From: Thermodesulfobacteriota bacterium
GTDB taxonomy: Bacteria > Desulfobacterota > Desulfobulbia > Desulfobulbales > SURF-16
Direction of reading: 5' to 3'
DNA: 46,079 nucleotides
Assembly: GCA_040755455.1 (NCBI GenBank)
Contig: JBFMAY010000034.1
Coordinates: forward strand, 1-46,079
A program made the translations under genes and the position numbers. Under the pieces are notes generated by a model. That model searched no databases. It was not told the origin of the DNA and was given only the letters and a program-made list of their open reading frames with translations. This document shows positions 46,014 to 46,079 of this stretch, piece after piece; the first letter of the stretch is position 1; each line of letters opens with the position of its first letter.

Positions 46014-46079
46014 CTCCGCTGCGCGGAGTGCCAACGCCGCGCGGATCAAGGATCCACTGGCTGGCCGCCCCCTCGCGCC

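Overview
A GC-rich bacterial chromosomal window. The gene content and the GEMM-I riboswitch style suggest Desulfobacterota; this is inference only. Much of it is housekeeping or envelope genes: TraB-family protein, fadL-fadD-like pair, cytochrome c, NUDIX hydrolase, mltD-pepN, moaE, efp-epmA, ZIP transporter, rubrerythrin, family-4 UDG, trmFO, an RRM protein and a DEAD-box helicase. It also carries many signalling genes: two PilZ proteins, a receiver-pyruvate kinase fusion, an orphan solute-binding protein coupled to a hybrid kinase, and a cheA-cheW-MCP-cheB-RR-cheR cluster ending in an SLC5-symporter hybrid kinase. The most interesting signals are non-coding. (1) At 26.7-27.2 kb, three tandem ~160-170 bp units each read on the minus strand as an ECF-sigma-like promoter, a 5' hairpin, a CU-rich stretch antisense to a generic SD+ATG region, and a terminator with a C-rich loop. 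This is a candidate sibling sRNA array, divergent from the RRM and DEAD-box genes. (2) A c-di-GMP-I riboswitch with a start-codon-sequestering helix lies upstream of a diguanylate cyclase whose HD-GYP domain is truncated. (3) At the right end is a low-GC integron-type cassette: an attI-like site, a frameshifted HEPN-like ORF and a canonical attC, with no integrase in view. All calls come from reading motifs by eye; no database searches were run.
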